A stretch of 64,000 nucleotides of DNA. Origin: Sedimentisphaerales bacterium. Lineage in GTDB: Bacteria > Planctomycetota > Phycisphaerae > Sedimentisphaerales > SM23-30. The DNA lies in NCBI GenBank assembly GCA_963663965.2, contig CAXXFK010000010.1, forward strand, positions 192,001 through 256,000, read 5' to 3'. The first letter of the stretch is position 1. Each line of letters begins with the position of its first letter. A model generated the notes under the pieces. It ran no database searches. It was not told where the DNA came from and saw nothing but the letters and a program-made list of their open reading frames with translations. This document shows, piece by piece, positions 41,763-52,259 of the stretch. Both the position numbers and the translations under genes were made by a program.

Positions 41763-43028
41763 TCACTGTGGGCCGCTGGCGCCGTTCATATTAATCAGAT
41801 TTTCAATAAAATAACGCACCATGGGGTCATGGTAAATCATCACTACCAGAGTCCCAAACGAAAGAAACGGGCCGTAAGGGATTTCTCTGGTTTGCCGCAG
41901 TACCAGCCGGGATAAGGCCCAGCCCAGTCCGGCAAAAGGCGCAACGAAAAACGCCAGCAAGGGCGTAATCCACCCCAGAACCGCGCCAACGCCCGCCATC
42001 AGGTGAACATCACCCAAGCCCATCGCCTCGCGGCCAAAGGCCAGCGTCCCCAGAATTCGGGTCAGCCATACGATTCCGCCGCCTATCATAAAGCCAAATA
42101 AGCTCCCTGACAAGCCTGATAACCATTTTTGGGTTGATAAAATATCCGCAAATGACCCGTTAAGCGGGCCGGACTGCCCCAGAATAAGCCAAAAAACCAG
42201 CGCGCCAATGAAAACCGGGGCCAGAAAAGTCATTTCCCGCATCATTTCATGACGGACATTGACAGGTACGCCCAACTCAGTAGGACTGGGCGGCTCCAAC
42301 TCCATTAATTTCTCGGTAGTGGATGATGGTTTTTCCTTGGTTTTGCCTTCCAGTTCATCTTTTTTCTGCTGGAACCAGGCCTGTTCAGCCTGTTCAAGTT
42401 CATAAAAACTTCGCTTAATCAACTTGAAACGTACCAGAATCAGGCTGATGATCAGGCCAACGGTAGCGCCAAGCGCCTGGGAGGCGATTTTCACACCGGC
42501 ATAGGGCATGATCCGCCAGTAGTCTTCTGGAAAGAGGCCGGCAACATATGGCTGAAAAAAACTCAGGCCAAAGCCGCAAAAGGCCATGAAGTAGCTGAGA
42601 TGTAATGGTATGATCCAGAGTTCAGCGTCAATCAGGGATGAACTGATCAATACGGCGACAACGATCATGTGGCCCAGATAGATCATCCAGCCGCCCTGCT
42701 CAAATCCCGCCAGATTCTGGCGAACGTTACCGACGAAGTAGAGCCAGTAAAAACCGGCGAAGAATATCGCGGTAAGTAACTCGATCATGGCGTAGCGGAT
42801 GGAGTATGGCGCTTTACAATGCCGGCATTTGCCGCCCAGGTAAAACCAGGCCAGAATCGGGATATTATCGTACCAGGCAATGTGCTTCAAACAACTGGTA
42901 CAATGGCTGGGCGGGCTGACTAGAGATATCTCGCGGGGCAGACGATAGACCACCACATTCAGGAAGCTGCCAACGCAGGCCCCAAACGCAAAGAGGAAAA
43001 TCAGCCAGATGATTGGTGGTACAAACAA
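41763..43028 (-). CDS. pilD: Prepilin peptidase/N-methyltransferase (A24)
   Basis: GSFLNVVVYRLP, CxxC...DNIP...CxxC, AMGLGDV, IPYGPFL. Confidence 0.92.
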   Translation of the reverse strand: MFVPPIIWLIFLFAFGACVGSFLNVVVYRLPREISLVSPPSHCTSCLKHIAWYDNIPILAWFYLGGKCRHCKAPYSIRYAMIELLTAIFFAGFYWLYFVGNVRQNLAGFEQGGWMIYLGHMIVVAVLISSSLIDAELWIIPLHLSYFMAFCGFGLSFFQPYVAGLFPEDYWRIMPYAGVKIASQALGATVGLIISLILVRFKLIKRSFYELEQAEQAWFQQKKDELEGKTKEKPSSTTEKLMELEPPSPTELGVPVNVRHEMMREMTFLAPVFIGALVFWLILGQSGPLNGSFADILSTQKWLSGLSGSLFGFMIGGGIVWLTRILGTLAFGREAMGLGDVHLMAGVGAVLGWITPLLAFFVAPFAGLGWALSRLVLRQTREIPYGPFLSFGTLVVMIYHDPMVRYFIENLINMNGASGPQ

Positions 43029-43053
43029 AGGATCTACTTATAGTTGGATGCTG

Positions 43054-44291
43054 TTATTTCTTTTTACTGGTTTTACGTGCGGGTTTACGCTTCAGCGCGG
43101 CCACTTTCATGGGCAGGCCAAACAGCCGGATAAAGCCGGTGGCGTCGGTACTGTCGTATTCCGCGCCCATCTTGAAGCTGGCCAGATCGCCGGCATATAA
43201 GCTATACGGGCTTTTCACGCCGGCCAGCGTGCATTGGCCTTTGTACAGTTTCAGGCGAACGGTGCCGGTTACATTCTGCTGGGTCGTCTCAAAAAACGCA
43301 TCCAGCGCTTCACGCAGCGGGGTGTACCACTGGCCGTAATAGACCAGGTCGGCGTATTTCAAGGCGACCTGCTGTTTGTAATGGGAGGTTTCGCGGTCCA
43401 GGCAGAGCATTTCGAGCGCTTTGTGGGCGGTGTAAAGGATTGTGCCGCCGGGAGTTTCATAAACGCCGCGGCTCTTCATCCCCACCAACCGGTTTTCGAC
43501 CAGATCGGTCTGGCCGACGCCGTGGGTACCGCCGATAGCGTTCAGGGTTTCGATCAGTTTGACCCCATCGATCGCTTTGCCATCCAGCTTAACCGGAACC
43601 CCTTTAACGAAACCAATTTCAACATAATCGGGTTTGGCCGGTGTCTTGCTGACCGGGTTACTGATCACGAACAGGTGGTTCTGGGGTTCGTTCCAGGGAT
43701 CTTCCAGATCGGCGCCTTCGTGGCTGATGTGCCAGAGGTTGCGGTCGCGGCTGTAGATTTTCTTTTTGGTCTGCTCGATGGGGATATTGCGTTTGCGGGC
43801 GTATTCCACCGCCGCCTCACGGCTGGTAAGTTCGAAGGAGGGGGTCTTTCCACGGGGCAATAATGGTCAGCGAGGGATCGAGCGCCATGAAGGTCAGTTT
43901 CGAAGCGGACCTGGTCGTTGCCTTTGCCGGTGGCGCCGTGCGAAACGGCGTCGGCGCCTTCTTCCTGGGCAATGCGGACCTGTTCCTTGGCGATCAGCGG
44001 CCGGGCGATACTGGTGCCGAGCAGGTAGCCGTTCTCATAAACGGCGCCGCTTTTGAGCATGGGCCAGAGGAAATCTTCCACGAATTCCTTGCGTAAGTCC
44101 TTGACAATACACTTGCTTGCGCCGCTGTCCAGCGCCTTCTTCTGAATGCCTTTCAGTTCGCTGCCCTGGCCCAGTTCGGCGGCGTAGGCGATCACTTCAC
44201 AGTTATATTTTTCCTTCAGCCAGGGCAGGATCACACTGGTGTCCAGGCCGCCGCTGTAGGCGAGTACGATTTTTTTAACGTTCGTGGTCAT
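43054..44291 (-). CDS. argG: Argininosuccinate synthase, with two +1 homopolymer frameshifts (probable sequencing errors)
   Basis: [48 protein letters not shown]. Removing one base at 43898-900 and one at 43840-44 restores [29 protein letters not shown]. Confidence 0.95.
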
Positions 44292-44461
44292 CGATTTATC
44301 CTTAAAACAGACAAGATCATACAATGTTCAATAATCTCATCATTATTATAGTGCGTAAGCCATTTTGCAAAGGGATTTTAACGGGTTTTTGCGGATAAAT
44401 GCGAATTTGAGGCGGGAATTAGGATAGCTTCACACCCAGCCAATATCTCCATACCCACCCT

Positions 44462-44488
44462 GTAGGGGCAATCCCCCGTGATGGCCCC
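44462..44488 (+). repeat. GTAG-type REP-like palindrome
   Basis: GTAGGGGCAATCCCCCGTGATGGCCCC: GTAG plus imperfect hairpin, intergenic. Confidence 0.55.
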
Positions 44489-44647
44489 GATCTAATATCC
44501 CCAGATCATTCCTCCCCCATCCGCCCACATACCAACAAGTCCCGCAGGCCGAAGATCCGCCTCAGGCAAGGACGATACTGCCCGGTCAAACCCATTGCCA
44601 GACCATAGCCATATTTCAAATCTCAGATCCGAGGTTGTCTCACCCCG

Positions 44648-46507
44648 TCAATCGATCAGGCTTTCAATCTGGTCCATAGCCCGGTTTATCGCCTGGATGG
44701 TCTTGTCAAAGGGTTGGGCGGTCGTCATGTCAACCCCGGCTTCTTTCAGCAGGTTGATCGGGTAATCGGACCCGCCGGCCGAGATGAATTTTAGATATTT
44801 TTCCGCCGCACCCGGTTCGCCGGCCAGCACCTTTTCAGACAACGCCGTCGAGGCGCAGTAAGAAGTGGCGTACTGATAGACATAAAAGTTATAATAGAAA
44901 TGCGGAACATAAGCCCATTCCACCGCGTACAGATCGTCGATCTGGCAGACGCCCTGGTCATGGCCGTAATAGCGCCGGAGAATATCGCCATAGATTTCGG
45001 TCAGCGTGTCGCCGGTCAGTGGTCGGCCCTTTTCGGCTTCCTCGTGAATCCGCAGCTCAAATTCGGCAAACTGGGTCTGGCGGAACAGCGTGTTTTTCAT
45101 CCCGTCCAGATAGCTCATCAGCAGGGACAGACGCACCTCTTTGTTTTTGATCTTTTTGAGCATCATGTCATTGAGCAGCGCTTCATTAAAAGTCGAAGCC
45201 ACCTCGGCGACAAAAATAGAATAATCCGCCGTAGCAAACGGCTGCGTCTTATTGGAATAATAGCTCTGCATGGTATGGCCCAGTTCGTGGGCCAGGGTAC
45301 TCACATCATCGTACAGACCGTTATAATTCAGCAGAATATACGGATGCACATCATAGGCCCCGCCGTTGGAGTAGGCCCCCGCCCGTTTGCCGGTGGAAGG
45401 GTACACATCGATCCAGCGCTGGTTAATCGCCTGGCGCACCACATTCACATAATTGTCCCCCAGCGGCGCGAGCGCTTCCAGCACCAGCCGGCTACCCGCT
45501 TCATAGTCATACTTCAGGTCAACGCCCTCGACGGTCGGGGCATAAATATCGGAATATTTCAACTGATCCACGCCCATCATCTTTTTCTTGATCTTCAGAT
45601 ACCGCTGAAAAGAATCCAGGTTCCGGTTGACATTGTCAATCAACGCGTGATAAACCGCCACCGGAATATTATTCGGATACAGGGCGCTGTGCAGCGACGA
45701 GTCATAGCCCCGCGCCCGTGCGCGGAAGATGTCAGCCTGGACATTGGCATAGAGCTGGCTGCCGAAAGTCTGGCGAAATTTGTCGATCTCTCCGAAGAAG
45801 GCGTTAAAGACCGCTTCCCGGTCGGCCCGGTTCGTCGACGCGCGATACAGTCCATATCCGGCCTTGTCCAGCCGCACTTTCCGGCCATCGCTCAAGGCAA
45901 TCTCCGGATACGGAAACTCCGCGTTGCTGAATACCGAATAAATCGACGCGGCCGATCCGGTCAGCATGCTCGCGCCGGCCATGATCTTTTCTTCCTTTTC
46001 CGACAGCGTATACTTTTTCATCCGCTGGATATCATACAGTCTGAAGCGGTATTCCTTCAGTCCCGGCTCCGCGGCCAGAAATTGATCGATGGTCGCCCGG
46101 CTGAGCTGGGCCAGTTCCGGATCGATAAACGACGCCAGCGTCCCCAGATTGGTCGCCATCTGCCGCAGTTCCTGCTGCATCGCCTGGTATTTCGACACCC
46201 GGGTATCCTCATCGGATTTCATACTGGCATAGCAGGACAAACGGGCGAACTCGCGGGAGAGATCGCTGGTGAACTTCAGGCAGGCCAGCAAATCCCGCGC
46301 CGAACGGCCCAGTTTCCCTTTATATTGCAGAACCCCCTCAAACTGACCACCCAGCTTAACCTTGGCCGCTTCCCACGCCGCCTCCGTTGCATAAAGATCC
46401 TCCAAATTCCAGGTATCCCCAACCGCCAACTCGCTCCGCTGCCGGCCGTGAGCCTGACAGGCCACTAATATCACAATACTCAAGCATAGACACAAATATT
46501 TTCTCAT
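44648..46507 (-). CDS. pepF: Oligoendopeptidase F (M3B) with signal peptide
   Basis: GKRAGAYS, HPYILLNY, HELGH, AEVAST, HFYYNFYVYQYATS; AGGAG before ATG 46507. Confidence 0.95.
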   Translation of the reverse strand: MRKYLCLCLSIVILVACQAHGRQRSELAVGDTWNLEDLYATEAAWEAAKVKLGGQFEGVLQYKGKLGRSARDLLACLKFTSDLSREFARLSCYASMKSDEDTRVSKYQAMQQELRQMATNLGTLASFIDPELAQLSRATIDQFLAAEPGLKEYRFRLYDIQRMKKYTLSEKEEKIMAGASMLTGSAASIYSVFSNAEFPYPEIALSDGRKVRLDKAGYGLYRASTNRADREAVFNAFFGEIDKFRQTFGSQLYANVQADIFRARARGYDSSLHSALYPNNIPVAVYHALIDNVNRNLDSFQRYLKIKKKMMGVDQLKYSDIYAPTVEGVDLKYDYEAGSRLVLEALAPLGDNYVNVVRQAINQRWIDVYPSTGKRAGAYSNGGAYDVHPYILLNYNGLYDDVSTLAHELGHTMQSYYSNKTQPFATADYSIFVAEVASTFNEALLNDMMLKKIKNKEVRLSLLMSYLDGMKNTLFRQTQFAEFELRIHEEAEKGRPLTGDTLTEIYGDILRRYYGHDQGVCQIDDLYAVEWAYVPHFYYNFYVYQYATSYCASTALSEKVLAGEPGAAEKYLKFISAGGSDYPINLLKEAGVDMTTAQPFDKTIQAINRAMDQIESLID

Positions 46508-46635
46508 AGCCGGTCTCCTGTTATGTAAAAGGTTATGCAAACCTTATAGCCGATGGCCGCCAGAAAATCAATTCTCATCTGAAAATCAACCGCCTAACAA
46601 TTAAAAGCTTGATTAATCAGATCCAATACTTACCC

Positions 46636-48033
46636 TTAAAATGGGATATAATCAGGTGGGATATAATCAGGTGGGATATTTTCGTTGTTCTTTTGTTGCA
46701 AACTATCATATTCCTTTTTCTTTAAGGGGGGTTTTTTCCTTTGTCGTTCCTGGCAATCTGGACATAAATTAGAACAAAACCCACATTCATGACAAATAAG
46801 TTTGTTGCATGAGCTACAGGTTTGATCCTGCCCAAGATAGAGCGGGTTCTGTCCACACCGAATTGGAGTTTTATCCTCTAATTGTCCCCAACCACCACAA
46901 TATGCATAAATTGTAACCCATTTGCCATGATCCTTTCTTCCTTGCAATATGTTGGCGCCCCCTAATTTAAAGAAATTGAAATATGTTGCTTCTTCAAAGC
47001 ATCTTTCAGAAACTTCTGAAAGAATATTCCATAAGTTCCATACTGTCTTAAGAGGATCATATACCCCAAGTGGAATTTTTGAATGTTCACCTGAACCTGG
47101 AAATAATATTTCATCAATCCGGGTTTCCTTAAAAGTGCTATGTTCAGATGTTAATCGACAGAATCTGTCAAGAATGTGCAAAAACAATACGGGGCGGCTT
47201 AATCCGCAGTCATTAATACGACGCTCCAATCTCATTGCTTCAGAACCCAGCGCACTTTCCGTTTTACTGGCTATAACTCGTTTAGCTAATACACCGCTAC
47301 CGATAGCACACTCTCGTCGTGGAAACTCAAAATCAGGCGAACGAATGATTTCAAGTGACGCATCTCTCTCTCTATAGCATACGGCAGGGTAATCGAACAG
47401 CCAGGCCGGCAAGAAATTTTTATTAAGATCGGTCGAAAAATTCACCGCCAATGTGTCACTATTGAAATACTTTTGCAATTGTTCAATTTGTCCCCAGGTC
47501 GTCTCTCCAAGCCAGATAATTGGATCTGTACTATCCTCACCGTAAGGTGATAGAAATGCACTAATGGTTACATCATGCCCTTTTCTATCTGACTTAAATT
47601 TAGGCACACAATGCTCAGAATAAGTATTTGGTGATGAGAATGATGTTCTGGCATTTTTAACATCAATCCATTGATCATTGGTTGAAATATCAGCTTTTTT
47701 CCATTCATTTCGATTGGGATCAGTAACCTGCATAATGGACAAATCTTCGGCACTACCGTAAAGTTGGCGATATAATCTTAATGCAGCTAGTTCAGCCTTC
47801 CTTGCAGAGGTCATTGCAATTTTATTGAAGATTTCTCCCCCATTTTGCGAAGTCCAATTTTGAATGAGTAGTTTGTCGTACTTTCCAAGATCAGACTTTA
47901 TTCTGTCATCCCAAAAATGTATTTTTTCCCACGGTTCTTTCAATAGTTCTTGAGAAACTTTCTCGATTTTCATTTTTGCTTCAAGATTTTCTTTCAGTTT
48001 TTTCACATACAAATCTATCACATCAAGTTCCAT
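46636..48033 (-). CDS. Hypothetical protein with PD-(D/E)xK-like nuclease motif and Cys-rich Zn-binding C-terminus
   Basis: SARKAE...ADI....WIDVKNAR; C-terminal CSSC..LICHECGFCSNLCPDC. Confidence 0.65.
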   Translation of the reverse strand: MELDVIDLYVKKLKENLEAKMKIEKVSQELLKEPWEKIHFWDDRIKSDLGKYDKLLIQNWTSQNGGEIFNKIAMTSARKAELAALRLYRQLYGSAEDLSIMQVTDPNRNEWKKADISTNDQWIDVKNARTSFSSPNTYSEHCVPKFKSDRKGHDVTISAFLSPYGEDSTDPIIWLGETTWGQIEQLQKYFNSDTLAVNFSTDLNKNFLPAWLFDYPAVCYRERDASLEIIRSPDFEFPRRECAIGSGVLAKRVIASKTESALGSEAMRLERRINDCGLSRPVLFLHILDRFCRLTSEHSTFKETRIDEILFPGSGEHSKIPLGVYDPLKTVWNLWNILSEVSERCFEEATYFNFFKLGGANILQGRKDHGKWVTIYAYCGGWGQLEDKTPIRCGQNPLYLGQDQTCSSCNKLICHECGFCSNLCPDCQERQRKKPPLKKKEYDSLQQKNNENIPPDYIPPDYIPF

Positions 48034-48877
48034 TTCTTGCTTTTGAATAAATGAATCCCAGATAACAGGATCCCGATTCGCGCCGATAATAAACTATTCC
48101 GGATTATATTAATATTTAATCGATTCTTTTCCGCAGTAGCAATTAATTCTTCATCATTCTTTCTTTGAGAGTAATTTTGATTCCATACCGTACGGTTCAC
48201 TCCATTCGTCTGGAATTGGCGAAGTTGAAGCAATTGAGTTTCGAGGATTTCCAGTTCATCGCTTGCTTTATTAGTTAAGCGATCTAAATCTTGTTGTGAT
48301 TTGTAGTGAAACTTTTTATTTTCATACCAGCTTTTCGATATATATTTCCTGTTCTGATTGTAATATTTTTCCGCTTCAATGAATTTATATGATGTTAATA
48401 TCTCAGTTAATTCCTGTTTCTTATACTGGCTCCTTAAATCTCTAAACCAATTTTTCTCAATATCACCACGATTTTTTTTGTAATAGAACTCGGCTTCTTC
48501 AAAATTATATAATATTAATAGGTCATGCAATTCTTTCTTCTTATAGTAACCCCTTAAATTTTTATACACAATTATTATCTATGTGACGCTTTATTGCTTT
48601 ATAACAATCCTCCGCCTCTGCAAATCGAAATGACTTTAGCATCTGAGGTAATACTTTTTTCATATAGTGAATTTTTTGGCTTTCATACCATCTTTTCTCA
48701 ATACAATCATGATTCTCTTTATAGCAGCGTTCTGCTCCTTCAAAATTAAACAACTTTAGCATCTCATGTAATTCTTGCTTCTTATAGCAACCCTTTAAAT
48801 CGTTATACCAATTCTTGTCTATTTGACGCTTTATTTCGTTATAACAATCATCCGCCTCTGCAAATCGAAATGACTTT

Positions 48878-50201
48878 TATAATACTCCCCAAAAACTGGA
48901 CAAAAAAACGGTGATTTTTAGATGGAATTGCCGCCTGAACCGATTGAATAATTCGTATTCAGGAGACAGTTTTAATGAAAGGCAAACGGCGAAATCACAG
49001 TGCCCAGTTTAAGGCGAAAGTGGCCCTGGCCGCCCTGAAGGGCGACAAGACGCTGGCGGAGTTGGCCAAGGTTTTACCAGGTACACCCGACTCAGGTTAC
49101 CCAGTGGAAAAAGGAGCTTTTGAATGCCTTGCCGGAGATCTTTTCTCTGAGGCGCCACCAGGATCAGCGCGAGCAGCAGGCTTTGGTGGATCAGTTATAT
49201 CAGCAGATCGGCCAACTCACGATGGAGTTGGACTGGCTTAAAAAAAAATCCGGGCTTGACACTTGAGCAGAAGCGCCTGGCGATAGAGCCGGGCCATCCC
49301 CGGATTCCGATCGATCGTCAGTGTGAACTGCTGGGCCTGGCCCGCAGTAGTTACTATTATCGTCCCTGCCGGGACACGGAGTACCATGAGAGTCTGATGC
49401 GGCTATTGGATGAACAATACCTCAAAACCCCTTGTTACGGGGTTGACAAGATGACGCAGTGGCTGCGTCGTCAAGGCCACATCGTCAATCCGAAGCGCGT
49501 GCGCCGTTTGCTCCGGCTGATGGGCTTAGAAGCGATTTATCCGCGCGTTTAAGCGGCATTTGAGCCAACCGGACCCGGCCCACAAGATTTATCCCTACCT
49601 GCTTGATGGGGTGGTGGTTACCCGGCCGAACCAGGTCTGGTCGACCGATATTACCTATATCCGCATGTCTCAGGGCTGGGTGTACTTAACGGCGGTCATG
49701 GATTGGTTCAGCCGTTATGTGTTAAGCTGGGAAGTTTCGATCACGCTGGAGGCCGATTTTTGCGTATCGGCGTTGGAGCAGGCGCTGGGCCAGGGCACCC
49801 CGGAGATCTTCAATACGGATCAGGGCAGCCAATTTACATCAGTGGATTTTATCCGGCCCTTGAAAGATGCCGGGATTTTAATCAGCATGGATGGCCGGGG
49901 CCGGGTATTTGACAACATATTTGTCGAACGGTTATGGCGTTCGGTCAAGGTGGAGGAGGTCTATCTGCGAGATTACCAGACGGTGGCCGAGGCGGTGTTA
50001 GGCCTGGGCCGCTATTTTGAGTTTTACAATCATGAACGGCTGCACGAGGCCCTGGGATACCTTACCCCGGCCGAGGTGTTCGCCGGGGCTGTCGCCCCTC
50101 CAGTCGCCCTCCGGGCTCCTTCCGGGGCGACAGCCCCCACCGTGGCGATAACTCCATCTAAGAAAGTCAATATTTTTGTCTAGACAATGGGGAGGGGTAC
50201 A
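48878..50201 (+). mobile_element. IS3-family insertion sequence, 1,324 bp
   Basis: Imperfect TIRs TATAATACTCCCCAAAAACTGGACAAAAA / TGTACCCCTCCCCATTGTCTAGACAAAAA; 3-bp TTT target duplication; the empty site matches the sister repeat at 48631. Confidence 0.95.
48975..50183 (+). CDS. IS3 transposase OrfA/OrfB with A9 slippery site (49240-49248) and two additional +1 indels
   Basis: OrfA HTH 'RRNHSAQFKAKVAL'; OrfB rve DDE 'WSTDITY...TDQGSQF...DNIFVERLWRSVK'; extra bases at ~49072-75 and ~49548-50. Confidence 0.9.
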
Positions 50202-51128
50202 TTTAGCATCTCAGATATTTGTTGTTTCTTGTAGTGAATCTTTTGGCTTTCATACCATAGCCTGTCAATATAATCACAATTCTTTTTATAATAAACTTCA
50301 GCGTCTTTAAAATTACATGATTTTAGTATGTCATGTAATTCTTGCTTTTTATATCGATCTCTTAAATTCTCATACCAAGTTTTTTCGATATAAATTCTGT
50401 TCTCTATATAATAATTCTGCGCATCTTCATATTTATAAGATTCAAGAAGTTTATCCAAGCCTAACTCAATTTTATGTATCTGTTCACGAAGATATTCCTG
50501 TTTTTTATTATTGAAGAAATTTAATCGCGAACTTTCAATATTATCATGTTTGATAATTTCTAAAGGTGTTATTTTTTTATTAAATGTCAGTATACCATTG
50601 TTTTCAAAGTAGATAATCAGAGTATCTTCTTTGATGTCAAAAATTTGCCCAAGACCAAAATCATAATTCAACCTGTGCTTAACGACCATATCAATTTCAT
50701 AAACCATAAATGCTTTTCCAATATTTGATAGATAATTTTAGCAAATTTTTGTTATCAGAACCGTTTCCACAAAGAAATAGTCCCGTAGCCTGGGCACCGG
50801 CAGGATGAGGCAAAACTTGTTTTGCCCATGCTGAGCTAGGCGAAGTCCCGAATCCTCGGGGCTGATCTAAATATTTACCCTTCAATATCATCATTCATAT
50901 TCTTCCGGCCAAAACAACGCTTCGGCCACATCGCCTGCGAGACTCGGTTATGGCTCACCCCTGCAAAAATCAAATGCGCGTTTCAAGTTCATTATTCACA
51001 GCCTTTCACAAACCCCCAATCAACCACATGTGCACAGATTTGCCTCATCCTACGATTTTTGCCCACGCTACGCGACTGCATCTAAAACCTTGCCCTTCAA
51101 ACTATTAATTAGTTCAAAAAAACCATTT

Positions 51129-51821
51129 TCAATCTCCTTTTTTCATTATTGGTTTTCCGGCATTTTTTAATTTAAAGTTTGCTGCATCGATTTTATTTTG
51201 AATTTTTGCAGGTTTCACAAAACACTCATTCAATAAATCTCCCAATATTTCAAGGCACCATTCCGCTTCTCCAGATTCCACATCAAGGATTTCTCCTGTC
51301 GATTGATCTGGAATCGGATGAGCAGCAAAATTACCAAAATTTCTTATAGCATCAACGGCTTTCGATAAATAAACTGGTAATTTTTGGGAAGCTAAAAGTT
51401 CTTCAACCTCATCAGCTAGCGTTCTTTTTACAAAACCAAATTGGTTTCGAATCAGTTTCTGCAAACATCTACGACTCAATGCTGCACTTGATTTGGGGCT
51501 GATAGCTAATACCTTTGATGCCTCAATATAATCGTCCGCATAATCTTTTGGAACCTCATTTGGAGGTATTGGATGATTTCTATATTTTGGATATGCTAGT
51601 ACTAATTCCTGGTCAGCTTTTTGTGCTAAAGCCGAATTGTAACTTATGCTTCTAATGTCACCAAAAAATTTTCTCCCATCTAAACCAATAAGATAAATAA
51701 TTACATTTTTACAACTAGGACAATTTGATGAAAATACTATCCATTTTTTCTGGGGGTCTTCACCAATCAATTTTCCATCTGGGTTATAATGTATCTCAAC
51801 TTCACAATGTGGACATTTCAT
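51129..51821 (-). CDS. DUF4145 (HEPN-like) domain protein with N-terminal Zn ribbon
   Basis: CPHC...CPSC; SAALSRRCLQ...AIRNFGNFAAH. Confidence 0.8.
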   Translation of the reverse strand: MKCPHCEVEIHYNPDGKLIGEDPQKKWIVFSSNCPSCKNVIIYLIGLDGRKFFGDIRSISYNSALAQKADQELVLAYPKYRNHPIPPNEVPKDYADDYIEASKVLAISPKSSAALSRRCLQKLIRNQFGFVKRTLADEVEELLASQKLPVYLSKAVDAIRNFGNFAAHPIPDQSTGEILDVESGEAEWCLEILGDLLNECFVKPAKIQNKIDAANFKLKNAGKPIMKKGD

Positions 51822-51881
51822 CTAATACCTCATTTTCAAATTTCTTTTTTTGGGTTCAATTAATCTCTATTTTCAATAATA

Positions 51882-52259
51882 CTAATCTTCTCGACCGGCA
51901 TCATAAATACACCCCAAATGCAGTATAATCCCTGGAATAATAGCTAGATAACCCATAATGGTAAAAAATAGCCATACTAATCCCATGCCAATTTTACCAC
52001 GATAAATCTGCCCTAATCCGGGTATAAAAAAGCTCAATACCCGTGCAGCTGCAGGATTCCATGATCTATGCATCGGTTCAGGGTCTCCCTTATCGATCAC
52101 AGTGAATATCTGGTCGAGTTTCCGGTCAGTAACAGATTTGCTTGGTACCGGCCTTTTATCATTAACCGCCTTTCCCGATATCGGATGCCCGCAATGCGGA
52201 CAGTTATCCAACACATCGCTGCATTTCCCTTCACAAGCCGCACAATATACAATTCCCAT
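51882..52259 (-). CDS. Zn-ribbon plus TM2-like membrane protein
   Basis: CAAC...CPHCG; 'AARVLSFFIPGLGQIYRG..G.G' TM2 pattern. Confidence 0.75.
   Translation of the reverse strand: MGIVYCAACEGKCSDVLDNCPHCGHPISGKAVNDKRPVPSKSVTDRKLDQIFTVIDKGDPEPMHRSWNPAAARVLSFFIPGLGQIYRGKIGMGLVWLFFTIMGYLAIIPGIILHLGCIYDAGRED

Larger units (their letters stand above)
48018..50707 (-). pseudogene. Tudor/SH3-like N-terminal domain plus seven 40-aa helical repeats, interrupted by IS3 and a +1 indel
   Basis: Removing IS 48878-50201 and one TTT rejoins 50707.. in frame with 48762... Repeat consensus KKQELxxxLxxxxFxxAExxYxxNxxxIxKxWYxxxKxxY; extra base near 48568. Confidence 0.8.

Noticed and set aside
43840..43900. 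Programmed frameshifting or phase variation of argG
   Set aside because: Two successive +1 events in 3-5-base runs with no stimulatory signal; sequencing error is more parsimonious.
44900..46468. 522-aa plus-strand ORF (also 5644-6597, 43234-43863, 56129-56980 and similar)
   Set aside because: Antisense shadows of clear genes (pepF, giant gene, argG, mdh) in GC-rich sequence; no motifs or RBS.
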